From assembly GCA_051657965.1 (NCBI GenBank), contig JBOFLR010000706.1, positions 1 through 51,684 of the forward strand: 51,684 nt of DNA, read 5' to 3'. Each line of letters opens with the position of its first letter. The first letter of the stretch is position 1. Origin of the DNA: Dermatophilaceae bacterium (GTDB lineage: Bacteria > Actinomycetota > Actinomycetes > Actinomycetales > Dermatophilaceae). Below the pieces are notes generated by a model. The model was not told the DNA's origin and did not search any database. It saw nothing but the letters and a program-made list of their open reading frames with translations. The position numbers were made by a program, and so were the translations under genes. Positions 1 through 8,150 of this stretch are shown here, one piece after another.

Positions 1-758
1 CGGCGACACCGATGGCGTCGGACCGCTCGGCCTACGTCTCCGCGGGGACGTGGTCGCTGGTAGGTCTCGAGCTCGGCGCGCCGGTGCTCACCGAGGCGGC
101 CCGGGCGGCGAACTTCACCAACGAGCTCGGTGTCGACGGTACGGTGCGGTTCCTGCGCAACGTCGCGGGGCTGTGGGTGCTGTCCCAGGCGATGCAGGTC
201 TGGGGCGAGACCGATGTCGCCGCGCTCGTCGCGGCTGCGAGGGAGGCACCGGGCGGCGGTGCGGTCGTCGACCTCGACGCGCCGGAGTTCGGGCCACCGG
301 GGGACATGGAGGCGCGCATCCGAGCCGCGTGCGAGCGGACCGGTCAGGCGCCGCCGCAGGGCCGTGCTGCGGTGGTGCGATGCATGCTCGACAGCCTGGC
401 CCTGGCCCACCGGCGGGCCGTGCGCGAGGCCGCCGAGCTGGCCGCCCGCGAGGTCGACGCCGTCCACCTCGTCGGCGGGGGAGCACAGGGCGCGCTGCTC
501 GCCCGGCTCACCGCCGACGCCTGCGGCCTGCCGGTCGAGGCCGGTCCGATCGAGGCCACCGCGCTCGGCAACGTGCTCGTCCAGGCACGCGCCCTCGGCG
601 TCGACGTGCCCGACCTGGCGCAGATGCGCTCGCTCGTGCGCGAGACACACCCGGCCACCCGGTTCGACCCGGCGGACGATGGCGAGCGGTGGGATGCCGC
701 GGAGCACCGGCTGCGCTCTCGCGTAGCCTCGCCAGCGGTGACGTCCGGCGGCGGGTGA
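1..758 (+). CDS. rhaB: FGGY-family sugar kinase, C-terminal portion (rhamnulokinase-like); 5' end lies outside the window
   Basis: The frame of ORF 12..758 stays open to the window edge. It carries the C-terminal FGGY kinase signature HLVGGGAQGALLARLTADACGLPVEAGPIEATALGN. lutABC follows directly, as in actinobacterial rhamnose loci. The sugar specificity is assigned by resemblance only. Confidence 0.7.
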   Translation, partial: ATPMASDRSAYVSAGTWSLVGLELGAPVLTEAARAANFTNELGVDGTVRFLRNVAGLWVLSQAMQVWGETDVAALVAAAREAPGGGAVVDLDAPEFGPPGDMEARIRAACERTGQAPPQGRAAVVRCMLDSLALAHRRAVREAAELAAREVDAVHLVGGGAQGALLARLTADACGLPVEAGPIEATALGNVLVQARALGVDVPDLAQMRSLVRETHPATRFDPADDGERWDAAEHRLRSRVASPAVTSGGG

Positions 759-767
759 GGAGTCTCG

Positions 768-1520
768 ATGCGGGTAGCGCTGATGGCCACCTGCCTCGGG
801 GATGCGATGTTCCCGGAGGCGCCGCGAGCGGTGGTCCGGCTGCTGCGCCGCCTCGGCGTCGACGTCGAGGTGCCCGGCACGCAGACCTGCTGCGGACAGC
901 CGATGGTCAACACCGGCTACCTCGACGAGGCCGTGCCGCTCGTGCGCACGACGGTCGCGGCGTTCCGCGGGTACGACGCCGTGGTCGTGCCGAGCGGGTC
1001 GTGCGCGGGGTCGGTGCGGCATCAGCACCGGCTGGTCGCTGCGCGCGCGGGCGACCCCGCCCTGGCCGACGGCGTGGCCCGGCTGGCCCCGGCCACCTAC
1101 GAGCTCAGCGAGTTCCTCGTCGACGTGCTCGGGGTGGTCGACGTCGGGGCCTCGTTCCCGCACCGGGTCACCTACCACCCCACCTGCCACTCGCTGCGGA
1201 TGCTCCGGGTGGCCGACCGGCCCTGGCGCCTGCTGTCGGCCGTGCGGGGCATCGACCTCGTGCCACTCTCCCAGGCCGAGGAGTGCTGCGGCTTCGGCGG
1301 TACCTTCGCGGTCAAGAACCCCGACGTCTCGGTGGCCATGGGGGCCGACAAGGCCCGGCACGTGCGCGCCACCGGCGCAGAGGTGCTCGTGGCCGGTGAC
1401 GCCTCGTGCCTCATGCACGTGGGTGGCCTCCTCTCTCGGCAGCGGGCCGGGGTGCGCACCATGCACCTGGCCGAGGTCCTGGCGTCGACCGCCGACGACT
1501 GGGCGGGAGCACCGGGCTGA
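768..1520 (+). CDS. lutA: Lactate utilization protein A, cysteine-rich (CCG-domain) Fe-S oxidoreductase
   Basis: 250 aa with two CCG-type cysteine motifs (TQTCCGQP and EECCGFGG). A GAGGAG Shine-Dalgarno lies a few nt upstream of ATG 768. Confidence 0.85.
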   Translation: MRVALMATCLGDAMFPEAPRAVVRLLRRLGVDVEVPGTQTCCGQPMVNTGYLDEAVPLVRTTVAAFRGYDAVVVPSGSCAGSVRHQHRLVAARAGDPALADGVARLAPATYELSEFLVDVLGVVDVGASFPHRVTYHPTCHSLRMLRVADRPWRLLSAVRGIDLVPLSQAEECCGFGGTFAVKNPDVSVAMGADKARHVRATGAEVLVAGDASCLMHVGGLLSRQRAGVRTMHLAEVLASTADDWAGAPG

Positions 1521-3082
1521 TGGCGGCGACCTTCGTCGGGATGCCGCCGTTCCCGGCCGCCGCGCGCCATGCCCTCGCCGACGCCCAGCTGCGTCGCAAC
1601 CTCGCGCACGCCACCGGCGTCATCCGGGCGAAGCGGGCCGCGGTGGTGGCCGAGCTCGACGACTGGGACGACCTGCGGCGGCAGGCGGCGGCGGTGAAGG
1701 ACGACGTGCTCACCCATCTCGACGAGCACCTGGTGGCCCTTGAGGCGGCGCTGACCGGACGGGGGGTCACCGTGCACTGGGCATCGGACGCCGCCGAGGC
1801 GTGCGCGGCGGTCGTCGACATCGCCCGGGCCCACGGCATCGACGAGGTGGTCAAGGTCAAGTCGATGGCCACCCAGGAGATCGGGCTCAACGAAGCGCTC
1901 GCCGCGCAGGGCATCGCGGCGTGGGAGACCGATCTCGCCGAGCTGATCGTCCAGCTGGGCGAGGACCTGCCCAGCCACATCCTCGTGCCGGCGATCCACC
2001 GGAACCGCAGCGAGATCCGCGACATCTTCCGCCGGCGGATGGCCGCGGTGGGTCGCCCAGCTCCGGACGGGCTCACCGACGAGCCGGCCGAGCTCGCCGC
2101 CGCGGCGCGCGCCCACTTGCGGGAGCGGTTCCTCACCGCACGGATGGCGGTCTCCGGCGCCAACTTCGCGGTCGCGGAATCCGGCACGCTGGTCGTCGTC
2201 GAGTCCGAGGGCAACGGGCGGATGTGCCTCACCCTCCCCGAGGTCCTGGTCTCCGTCGTCGGCATCGAGAAGGTGGTGCCGACCTGGCGCGACCTCGACC
2301 TCTTCCTCCGCCTGCTCCCGCGCTCGTCGACGGGGGAGCGGATGAACCCGTACACCTCCACCTGGTCGGGGGTGACGCCCGGTGACGGGCCGCAGGAGAT
2401 GCACGTGGTCCTGCTCGACAACGGCCGCACCCGCGCCCTGGCCGACGAGTACGGGCGCCAGGCGCTGCGCTGCATCCGCTGCTCGGCGTGCCTCAACGTG
2501 TGTCCGGTGTACGAGCGGGTCGGCGGCCACACCTACGGGTCGGTGTATCCCGGGCCGATCGGTGCCGTGCTGAACCCGCTGCTCCACGGCCCGGGACACG
2601 ACCCGGTCACCGATGCGCTGCCGTTCGCGTCGACCCTGTGCGGGGCGTGTGCCGACGTGTGCCCGGTCGACATCGACCTGCCCGGCCTGCTCGTCGACCT
2701 CCGGGCCGAGATCGTCGACGCCCACCGACACCGCGCCCGCCCCGACCCGGAGGCGCTCGCGATGCGGGCCGCGGCGTGGGTGCTCGGAGACGCCCGGCGC
2801 ACGCGACTGGCCCACCGTGCCGCCGGGCTGGCCGGGCGAGCGCGCCGGCGGCCGGCGGCCGGGCAGGCCCGTCCGACGGTGTCCTGGCTGCCCTTCCCCG
2901 GCTCGCGGTGGACGACAGCACGCGACCTCCCGGTGCCGCCGCGAGAGTCGTTCACCGCGTGGTGGCGACGCCGCGGCCGGTCCGAGCCGAACGAGGCGAC
3001 CGGGCCGAACCGGGCGACCGGGCCGAACGGGCCGAGTGGGGTGATCGGGGATGCCGTCGAGCGCCGCGACGCGAGCTCGTGA
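1520..3082 (+). CDS. lutB: Lactate utilization protein B, 4Fe-4S cluster-binding LUD-family protein
   Basis: Lies within ORF 1406..3082. I place the start at ATG 1520, which overlaps the lutA stop (TGATG). Ferredoxin-type motifs CIRCSACLNVCP and CGACADVCP are present. The low-complexity C-terminal tail carries an 18-nt tandem repeat. Confidence 0.85.
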   Translation: MAATFVGMPPFPAAARHALADAQLRRNLAHATGVIRAKRAAVVAELDDWDDLRRQAAAVKDDVLTHLDEHLVALEAALTGRGVTVHWASDAAEACAAVVDIARAHGIDEVVKVKSMATQEIGLNEALAAQGIAAWETDLAELIVQLGEDLPSHILVPAIHRNRSEIRDIFRRRMAAVGRPAPDGLTDEPAELAAAARAHLRERFLTARMAVSGANFAVAESGTLVVVESEGNGRMCLTLPEVLVSVVGIEKVVPTWRDLDLFLRLLPRSSTGERMNPYTSTWSGVTPGDGPQEMHVVLLDNGRTRALADEYGRQALRCIRCSACLNVCPVYERVGGHTYGSVYPGPIGAVLNPLLHGPGHDPVTDALPFASTLCGACADVCPVDIDLPGLLVDLRAEIVDAHRHRARPDPEALAMRAAAWVLGDARRTRLAHRAAGLAGRARRRPAAGQARPTVSWLPFPGSRWTTARDLPVPPRESFTAWWRRRGRSEPNEATGPNRATGPNGPSGVIGDAVERRDASS

Positions 3083-3687
3083 TGACCTCGCCGCGTGACA
3101 CCGTGCTGGGTGCGGTCCGAGCCGCGCTCGGGCCAAGCCGACACCCGGCTGTGCCGATCGACCGCGGCTATCGCGAGCGCGGTGCCGATCCCGCCGGTAC
3201 GGATGTCGTCGACCTGTTCGCCGAACGGGTGGCCGACTATCGGGCGAGCATCGACAGGTGTACCGAGAGCGACCTGACGGCGACCGTCGCCCGGAGCCTG
3301 GGCGACGCGCGGAGCGCCGTGGTCCCACCGGATCTAGGAATCGAGGTGCCACGAGCCGTCGTCGACGACGGCCTGACCGCACTGCAGCTCGACCGGGTCG
3401 ACGCCGTGGTCACCCGCGCCGCGGTCGGCATCGCGGAGACCGGCACCATCGTGCTCGACCACGGCCCGGGCCAGGGCCGGCGTGCCCTCACCCTCGTGCC
3501 CGACCTGCACGTCTGCGTCATCCGCACCGACCAGGTCGTGGCATCGGTCGTCGACGCCGTCGCGGCGCTCGACCCGGCACGGCCGCAGACCTGGGTGAGC
3601 GGGCCGTCGGCGACGAGCGACATCGAGCTCACACGGATCGAAGGCGTCCACGGCCCGCGGATGCTGCACGTCGTGCTCCTCTGGTGA
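3082..3687 (+). CDS. lutC: Lactate utilization protein C (LUD domain)
   Basis: Lies within ORF 2488..3687. ATG 3082 overlaps the lutB stop (TGATG) and gives about 201 aa starting MTSPRDTVLGAVRAAL, a LutC-like size in the expected third position of the operon. Confidence 0.8.
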   Translation: MTSPRDTVLGAVRAALGPSRHPAVPIDRGYRERGADPAGTDVVDLFAERVADYRASIDRCTESDLTATVARSLGDARSAVVPPDLGIEVPRAVVDDGLTALQLDRVDAVVTRAAVGIAETGTIVLDHGPGQGRRALTLVPDLHVCVIRTDQVVASVVDAVAALDPARPQTWVSGPSATSDIELTRIEGVHGPRMLHVVLLW

Positions 3688-3713
3688 GCACCGGGAGATC
3701 CTGGCCGTACGCA

Positions 3714-3748
3714 CGGATGCCCGGGACCGCGACGGTCCCGGGCATCCG
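3714..3748. terminator. Bidirectional hairpin terminator between convergent lutC and the secreted-protein gene
   Basis: Perfect inverted repeat GGATGCCCGGGACC (3715-3728), loop GCGAC, then GGTCCCGGGCATCC (3734-3747), with one extra flanking C-G pair. It sits between two convergent stop codons. There is no U-tract, which is common in actinobacteria. Confidence 0.7.
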
Positions 3749-3778
3749 CACGACGAGAGACGTGCTGGTGGTGCGGTG

Positions 3779-5062
3779 CTAGAGAGCGAGGGTGCCGGTG
3801 GGTCGTCCGGCGAGTTCGGTCTGGCTCGGGCTCTTCGGGGTGGCGCTCTGGCCGGATGTCGACGCGCCGGTGGTCTTCTGCGCTCGGGCGACGGCGGTGT
3901 CGATGGCGGTGCGCCACTCGGCGGGGAACCCGGGGCGGAGGATGTCGTCCTCGGTGGTGTAGGCCCAGGCGAGGTCGTCAGCGTTGGTCAGGGCCTGGAA
4001 CAGGGCCTCTTCGTAGGCGGCGGGGTCCATCTCGTAGTCCTTGTTCTGGCGCCACTTCGTCATCACGCCGTAGGACTGGTTGACGTACTCGGTCCAGCGG
4101 GTCTTGTCGGCGTCGGAGAGGAAATCCATCTGCGGTTCGGCCAGCAGGCCGGAGTCGCGCCAGGTGTAGGCCCCGCGGAAGTCGTCGGCGTCGCGCAGGT
4201 TGTACAGCTGGCCGCCGTCCTGGACCTGGCCGGGCGCGGTCGCTGCGTCGATGGCGCCGGCGATGAACGGGCACTGCAGCTCGAAGGCGTCGGGTTTGGT
4301 CCAGGGGTCGACCTCGACCGGGGTGTTGACGCAGTCGGTGGTGCCGCGGGTGAAGACGACCTCGGCGTCGGGCTGGGCGGCGAGCACGGCCGACATCAGC
4401 TCCTTGCCGCGCTGGCGGGCCAGCTGCTCGGCCTTGACCAGGTCGCCGTCGACGCCCTGGTCCCAGTTGAACAGGCCCTCGTCCCACACCTTGCCGTCGC
4501 CGGTGACGTCGACGTAGTTCTCGATGTCGAACAGGATGCCCTTGGCGCCGAAGGCCTTGCTGACCTTGGCGAGCTCGCCGAAGTTGCCGGTGATGCGGGC
4601 CCAGGCGGCGTCGTCGTTCCACTTGGCCTCGGGGCGTACCTGGGCCCGGACCAGGTTGTGGGTGAAGCCCTCGATGGCGCCGGAGTCCAGCAACGGCTGC
4701 ACGAAGGTCTTGATCTCGGCGGCCGAGTCGGCGGTGTAGCCGGGTTTCATCACGCTCCAGCCGCTGGGCACGTCCAGGGTGATCCCGGCGAAGGACGGGA
4801 GCAGGCCCTGCACGATCTCCTTGTTCTCGATCAGCGAGGCGGTGCGGTTGCTCGGCCCGAGCGGGTTCTTGGCGTCCGCCGGCCCGGGGAACAGGATGAG
4901 GTCGGCCGGCCCGTCGGCAGCCGCTGCGGGCGCGGGTGCCGCGTCGTCGGCGGGGATCGCGGCTCCGGCGGAGCCGCTCGCGACCATGGCGAGACCGCAG
5001 GCCAGAGCCGACACGGTGAGGAGGTGTCTCGCGCGGAGGGGAGAGCGCAAGCGGGGCGTCAT
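3779..5062 (-). CDS. Secreted protein of unknown function (signal peptide; possibly a glycoside-hydrolase-like fold)
   Basis: Lies within ORF 3779..5440(-). I place the start at ATG 5062, preceded by GAAAGGA about 7 nt upstream. The N-terminus MTPRLRSPLRARHLLTVSALACGLAMVASGSAGA looks like a Sec signal peptide. I recognise no named family; KGILFDIENY resembles TIM-barrel hydrolase strands only loosely. Confidence 0.6.
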   Translation of the reverse strand: MTPRLRSPLRARHLLTVSALACGLAMVASGSAGAAIPADDAAPAPAAAADGPADLILFPGPADAKNPLGPSNRTASLIENKEIVQGLLPSFAGITLDVPSGWSVMKPGYTADSAAEIKTFVQPLLDSGAIEGFTHNLVRAQVRPEAKWNDDAAWARITGNFGELAKVSKAFGAKGILFDIENYVDVTGDGKVWDEGLFNWDQGVDGDLVKAEQLARQRGKELMSAVLAAQPDAEVVFTRGTTDCVNTPVEVDPWTKPDAFELQCPFIAGAIDAATAPGQVQDGGQLYNLRDADDFRGAYTWRDSGLLAEPQMDFLSDADKTRWTEYVNQSYGVMTKWRQNKDYEMDPAAYEEALFQALTNADDLAWAYTTEDDILRPGFPAEWRTAIDTAVARAQKTTGASTSGQSATPKSPSQTELAGRPTGTLAL

Positions 5063-5588
5063 CGACGCGTCCTTTCGTCGTGGCGGCATCGGGGTGACGC
5101 CGCCCTGGATCAGAGCAGGAGTCGTGCTGCCGGTCGCCGGCGGGCTCCCGGTCAGTGCGGGACAGCGATGCCGTGGCGCGGGTGTCCTCGACGAGGAGTC
5201 GCGGCGCCGAGGTGTCGGCGACGTCCGGAGCCCCGTCGGCGAGCTGTTCCTGGCCGGGTCGGTGGTCGGTGGGGCGGTGGTCGTCGGTGGCATCGCGGAC
5301 TGTTCTACGGGGCTGCCAAGTGAGGGACAACCCCGGTCGGCAACATGTCGCGTACCCGGGCCGAACTCGGGGGTGTGCACCACCGGGCCAGGTGGTGCGC
5401 ACTCCCATGGCATGCCCCAACGGGGGCGTGGACCGTCCACGCGATGGGGTCGCTACCGACGGGGTCGGCACCGTGGGTGGCACCACCCATCGCCAGGCCC
5501 GGCGAGGTGCCGCCGGGCGGCATCCGCGACCTGAGACGGCAGGCCATGGTGACGGGCGTCCTCTCGCACGGGTCGTATGCTTGGACGA

Positions 5589-5703
5589 GGTCATGAGTGC
5601 CAGCGTCAAGCCCCGGCTCGCTGGCCGGCAACCCTCCAACCGCGGTGGGGTGCCCCGGGTGAGGACCTGGCGCGCGGCATCCGCCGCGGGCAAGCGCGGG
5701 CGG
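5589..5703 (+). promoter_or_regulatory. SAM-IV riboswitch (metY leader)
   Basis: GGTCATGAGTGCCAGCGTCAAGCCCCGGCTCGCTGGCCGGCAACCCTCCAACCGCGGTGGGGTGCCCCGGGTGAGGACC...GGCAAGCGCGGGC closely matches the actinobacterial SAM-IV aptamer as I remember it. It is located 79 nt upstream of metY. Confidence 0.85.
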
Positions 5704-5781
5704 CCACCCGGACCACCCGCCTGATCACGACGGGCAGGGCCTCCGGGCCGCTGCCGCTGAGGACTCGCGAGGAGCGAACCG

Positions 5782-7176
5782 ATGACCGACCCGACACAGT
5801 GGGGCTTCGAGACCCGTCAGGTGCACGCGGGCCAGGTGCCCGACAGCGCCACCGGAGCGCGTGCCCTGCCGATCTACCAGACCACCTCCTACGTGTTCAA
5901 CGACACTGCGCACGCGGCGAACCTGTTCGCGCTCAAGGAGTTCGGCAACATCTATACCCGCATCATGAACCCGACCCAGGACGCCGTCGAGCAGCGCATC
6001 GCCGCGCTCGAGGGCGGCGTCGGCGCGCTGCTCGTGTCCAGCGGTCAGGCCGCCACGACGCTCGGCCTGCTCAACATCGCCGAGGCCGGTGACCACATCG
6101 TGTCCAGCGCCGCGCTCTACGGCGGCACCGTGAACCTGCTCAAGTTCACGTTCCGCAAGCTCGGCGTCGAGGTCACCTTCGTCGACGACCACACCGACCT
6201 CGATGCGTGGCGTGCCGCCGTGCGGCCGAACACCAAGGTGTTCTTCGGCGAGACGATCGCCAACCCGAAGGCGGAGGTGCTCGACATCGAGGGTGTCGCC
6301 GGCGTCGCCCACGAGGTCGGCGTGCCGCTGGTCGTCGACAACACGATCGCGACCCCCTACCTCATCCGGCCGATCGAGTGGGGCGCCGACGTCGTCATCC
6401 ACTCGGCCACGAAGTACCTCGGTGGGCACGGCACCTCCATCGCGGGCGTGATCGTCGACGCCGGCACGTTCGACTACGGCAAGGACCCCGAGCGGTTCCC
6501 GAACTACAACACGCCCGAGGAGAGCTATCACGGGCTGGTGTTCGCGCGCGACCTCGGCGTCGGCGGCATCCTCGGCGCCAACCTCGCCTACATCCTCAAG
6601 GCACGGGTGCAGCTGCTCCGCGACCTCGGCGCCGCGATCAGCCCGTTCAACGCCTTCCTCGTCGCCCAGGGTGTCGAGACGCTGTCGCTGCGGGTGGAGC
6701 GGCACGTCGAGAACGCCCGCGCGGTGGCCGAGTACCTGCAGGCGCACCCGCAGGTGGAGTCGGTGCGCTGGGCCTCTCTCGACGGCCAGCCGGGCAAGGC
6801 GCTCGCCGACAAGTACGCGCCGAAGGGCGCGGGCGCGGTGCTCGCCTTCGAGATCGCCGGCGGTGTCGAGGCCGGTCGCCGCTTCGTCGAGGGGCTCTCG
6901 CTGCACAGTCACGTGGCCAACATCGGCGACGTGCGCTCGCTCGCCATCCACCCGGCGTCCACGACGCACAGCCAGGGCGGGGATGACGACCGCCTGGCCG
7001 CCGGGGTCACGCCCGGTCTCGTGCGGCTCGCCGTGGGCATCGAGTCGATCGCCGACATCCTCGCCGACCTCGACGCCGGCTTCGCCGCGGCCCACGGGGG
7101 CGGCGAGAGCGGCGAGGGCGACCTCGGCGCACAGCAGCCGGCCGACCTCGCCGGAGCAGGTGCCACCGGCGGCTGA
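5782..7176 (+). CDS. metY: O-acetylhomoserine aminocarboxypropyltransferase (sulfhydrylase), PLP-dependent
   Basis: 464 aa. The N-terminus FETRQVHAGQ...LPIYQTTSYVF and IHSATKYLGGHG (PLP lysine) are typical of the Cys/Met-metabolism PLP family and MetY. A GAGGAG SD is present and a SAM riboswitch lies upstream. Confidence 0.92.
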   Translation: MTDPTQWGFETRQVHAGQVPDSATGARALPIYQTTSYVFNDTAHAANLFALKEFGNIYTRIMNPTQDAVEQRIAALEGGVGALLVSSGQAATTLGLLNIAEAGDHIVSSAALYGGTVNLLKFTFRKLGVEVTFVDDHTDLDAWRAAVRPNTKVFFGETIANPKAEVLDIEGVAGVAHEVGVPLVVDNTIATPYLIRPIEWGADVVIHSATKYLGGHGTSIAGVIVDAGTFDYGKDPERFPNYNTPEESYHGLVFARDLGVGGILGANLAYILKARVQLLRDLGAAISPFNAFLVAQGVETLSLRVERHVENARAVAEYLQAHPQVESVRWASLDGQPGKALADKYAPKGAGAVLAFEIAGGVEAGRRFVEGLSLHSHVANIGDVRSLAIHPASTTHSQGGDDDRLAAGVTPGLVRLAVGIESIADILADLDAGFAAAHGGGESGEGDLGAQQPADLAGAGATGG

Positions 7177-7285
7177 GTTGCGCTCCGGCGGGTGTCGGGC
7201 GGCTGACGGAACACCTGGGGCGGGACGGCGTTGAGCCCTGCTGACGACGTTCACCGCAAGACGTCCACGACCCGAGGAGCCGTAC

Positions 7286-7696
7286 GTGTCCGACTGGAAC
7301 CAGCAGATCATCGACGAGTTCCGCAGCAACGGCGGGACGGTGACGACGATGGGCTTCGGCCGCGTCCTCGTCCTCGTCCACCACGTCGGGGCCCGGAGCG
7401 GCACCGAGCGGGTCGCCCCGCTGGCCGCGATCCGCGCCGACGCCGACACCTGGCTGGTGGCGGCGTCGGCGGCCGGTGCCCCGGAGAACCCGGCCTGGTA
7501 CCACAACCTCAGGGCGAACCCGCAGACCAGGATGGAGACGCCGGACGACGGGGTCGTCGACGTCCGGGCGCGAGTGCTCGAGGGTGCCGAGCGGGATGCC
7601 GCCTGGGCGCGCTTCGAGGCGATGTCGGACGGGTTCCGCCAGTATCAGGAGAAGACCAGCCGGGTCATCCCGGTGGTCGAGCTCTCGCGCCGCTGA
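7286..7696 (+). CDS. Nitroreductase-family deazaflavin (F420)-dependent oxidoreductase, DUF385
   Basis: 136 aa. WNQQIIDEFRSNGG...HHVGARSG...ENPAWYHNLRANP is the characteristic DUF385/DDN-like pattern. Confidence 0.8.
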   Translation: MSDWNQQIIDEFRSNGGTVTTMGFGRVLVLVHHVGARSGTERVAPLAAIRADADTWLVAASAAGAPENPAWYHNLRANPQTRMETPDDGVVDVRARVLEGAERDAAWARFEAMSDGFRQYQEKTSRVIPVVELSRR

Positions 7697-7735
7697 GCAC
7701 CACACCATTCGTCCCGGCACGTCCCTCTGGTCGTG

Positions 7736-7781
7736 AACGTGGGTGACAGTCGTCGGCTGGACGGCGATTGTCACCCACGAT
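7736..7781 (+). terminator. Long imperfect hairpin downstream of the DUF385 gene (terminator, or an operator for the next operon)
   Basis: Arms AACGTGGGTGACAGTCG (7736-7752) and CGATTGTCACCCACGAT (7765-7781) are complementary at 15 of 17 positions, including a perfect 10-bp core GTGGGTGACA/TGTCACCCAC. The loop is 12 nt. It lies 40 nt after the stop at 7696 and 31 nt before GTG 7812. Confidence 0.45.
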
Positions 7782-7811
7782 CGCGTGGCGTCGGCGGAGT
7801 AGGGAGAGTCT

Positions 7812-8150
7812 GTGGACAACTCCGCGGCCTCCCGGCTCGACCCGCCTAGCGTGGTGGTCATGACCGCCATTCGTGTCGACGCCGAGGGAGTCGCCGAGCT
7901 CGGGGCGTCTCTGGTCGAGATCGCGGAGTCTCTCGTGCTCATGGGCGACCCGTCCCAGGACGGCTGGGCACTGGGCACCGGAGAGGCGCGCGGCGCGCTC
8001 GAGGAGCTGCTCGGCGGGTGGCGGCGGGTCCGGCTCCAGCTGGGCGAAGGTCTCGCCGGTCTCGGCGAGGCCGCTGCCGCGGCCGGCGGCCTGTACCTCG
8101 ACACCGAGGCCGGTGTCTCACGTGGTCTGGGCGGAGGCGGCTCGTGGTGA
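7812..8150 (+). CDS. Small hypothetical protein, predicted helical, first gene of a two-gene module
   Basis: 112 aa from GTG 7812, with GGGAGAG just upstream; ATG 7860 is an alternative start without an SD. Ala/Leu/Gly/Glu-rich helix-turn-helix-like composition. Its stop overlaps the start of the next gene (GTGA). Confidence 0.5.
   Translation: MDNSAASRLDPPSVVVMTAIRVDAEGVAELGASLVEIAESLVLMGDPSQDGWALGTGEARGALEELLGGWRRVRLQLGEGLAGLGEAAAAAGGLYLDTEAGVSRGLGGGGSW

Noticed and set aside
2986-3036. An 18-nt tandem repeat (GCCGAACGAGGCGACCGG, GCCGAACCGGGCGACCGG, GCCGAACGGGCCGAG) in the lutB 3' end.
   Set aside because: It is a real repeat, but it only produces a short GPNxAT low-complexity tail after the conserved LutB domains. 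Slippage of this kind is common in GC-rich genomes and not worth follow-up by itself.
1172-3382. A 736-aa minus-strand ORF across lutA, lutB and lutC.
   Set aside because: It is antisense to three genes with clear Fe-S/LUD motifs. The translation is low-complexity and Arg/Pro-rich. It is a GC artefact.
3779-3830. A possible sortase sorting signal (ELAGRPTGTLAL) at the C-terminus of the secreted protein.
   Set aside because: The motif is only vaguely LAxTG-like. It is followed by 5 residues and a stop, with no hydrophobic anchor or positively charged tail.
3776-5323. A 515-aa + strand ORF and a 571-aa ORF at 3978..5693(-) overlapping the secreted-protein gene.
   Set aside because: Their translations are Gly/Val/Arg or Arg/Pro low-complexity. 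The minus frame 3779..5062 has a proper SD, a signal peptide and globular composition.
5155-5724. A 189-aa ORF (and ORF 5305..5631 on the minus strand) covering the metY leader.
   Set aside because: The conserved-looking peptide RLAGRQPS comes from the SAM-IV aptamer sequence, which recurs at 18.7 kb. The conservation is at the RNA level, not protein coding.
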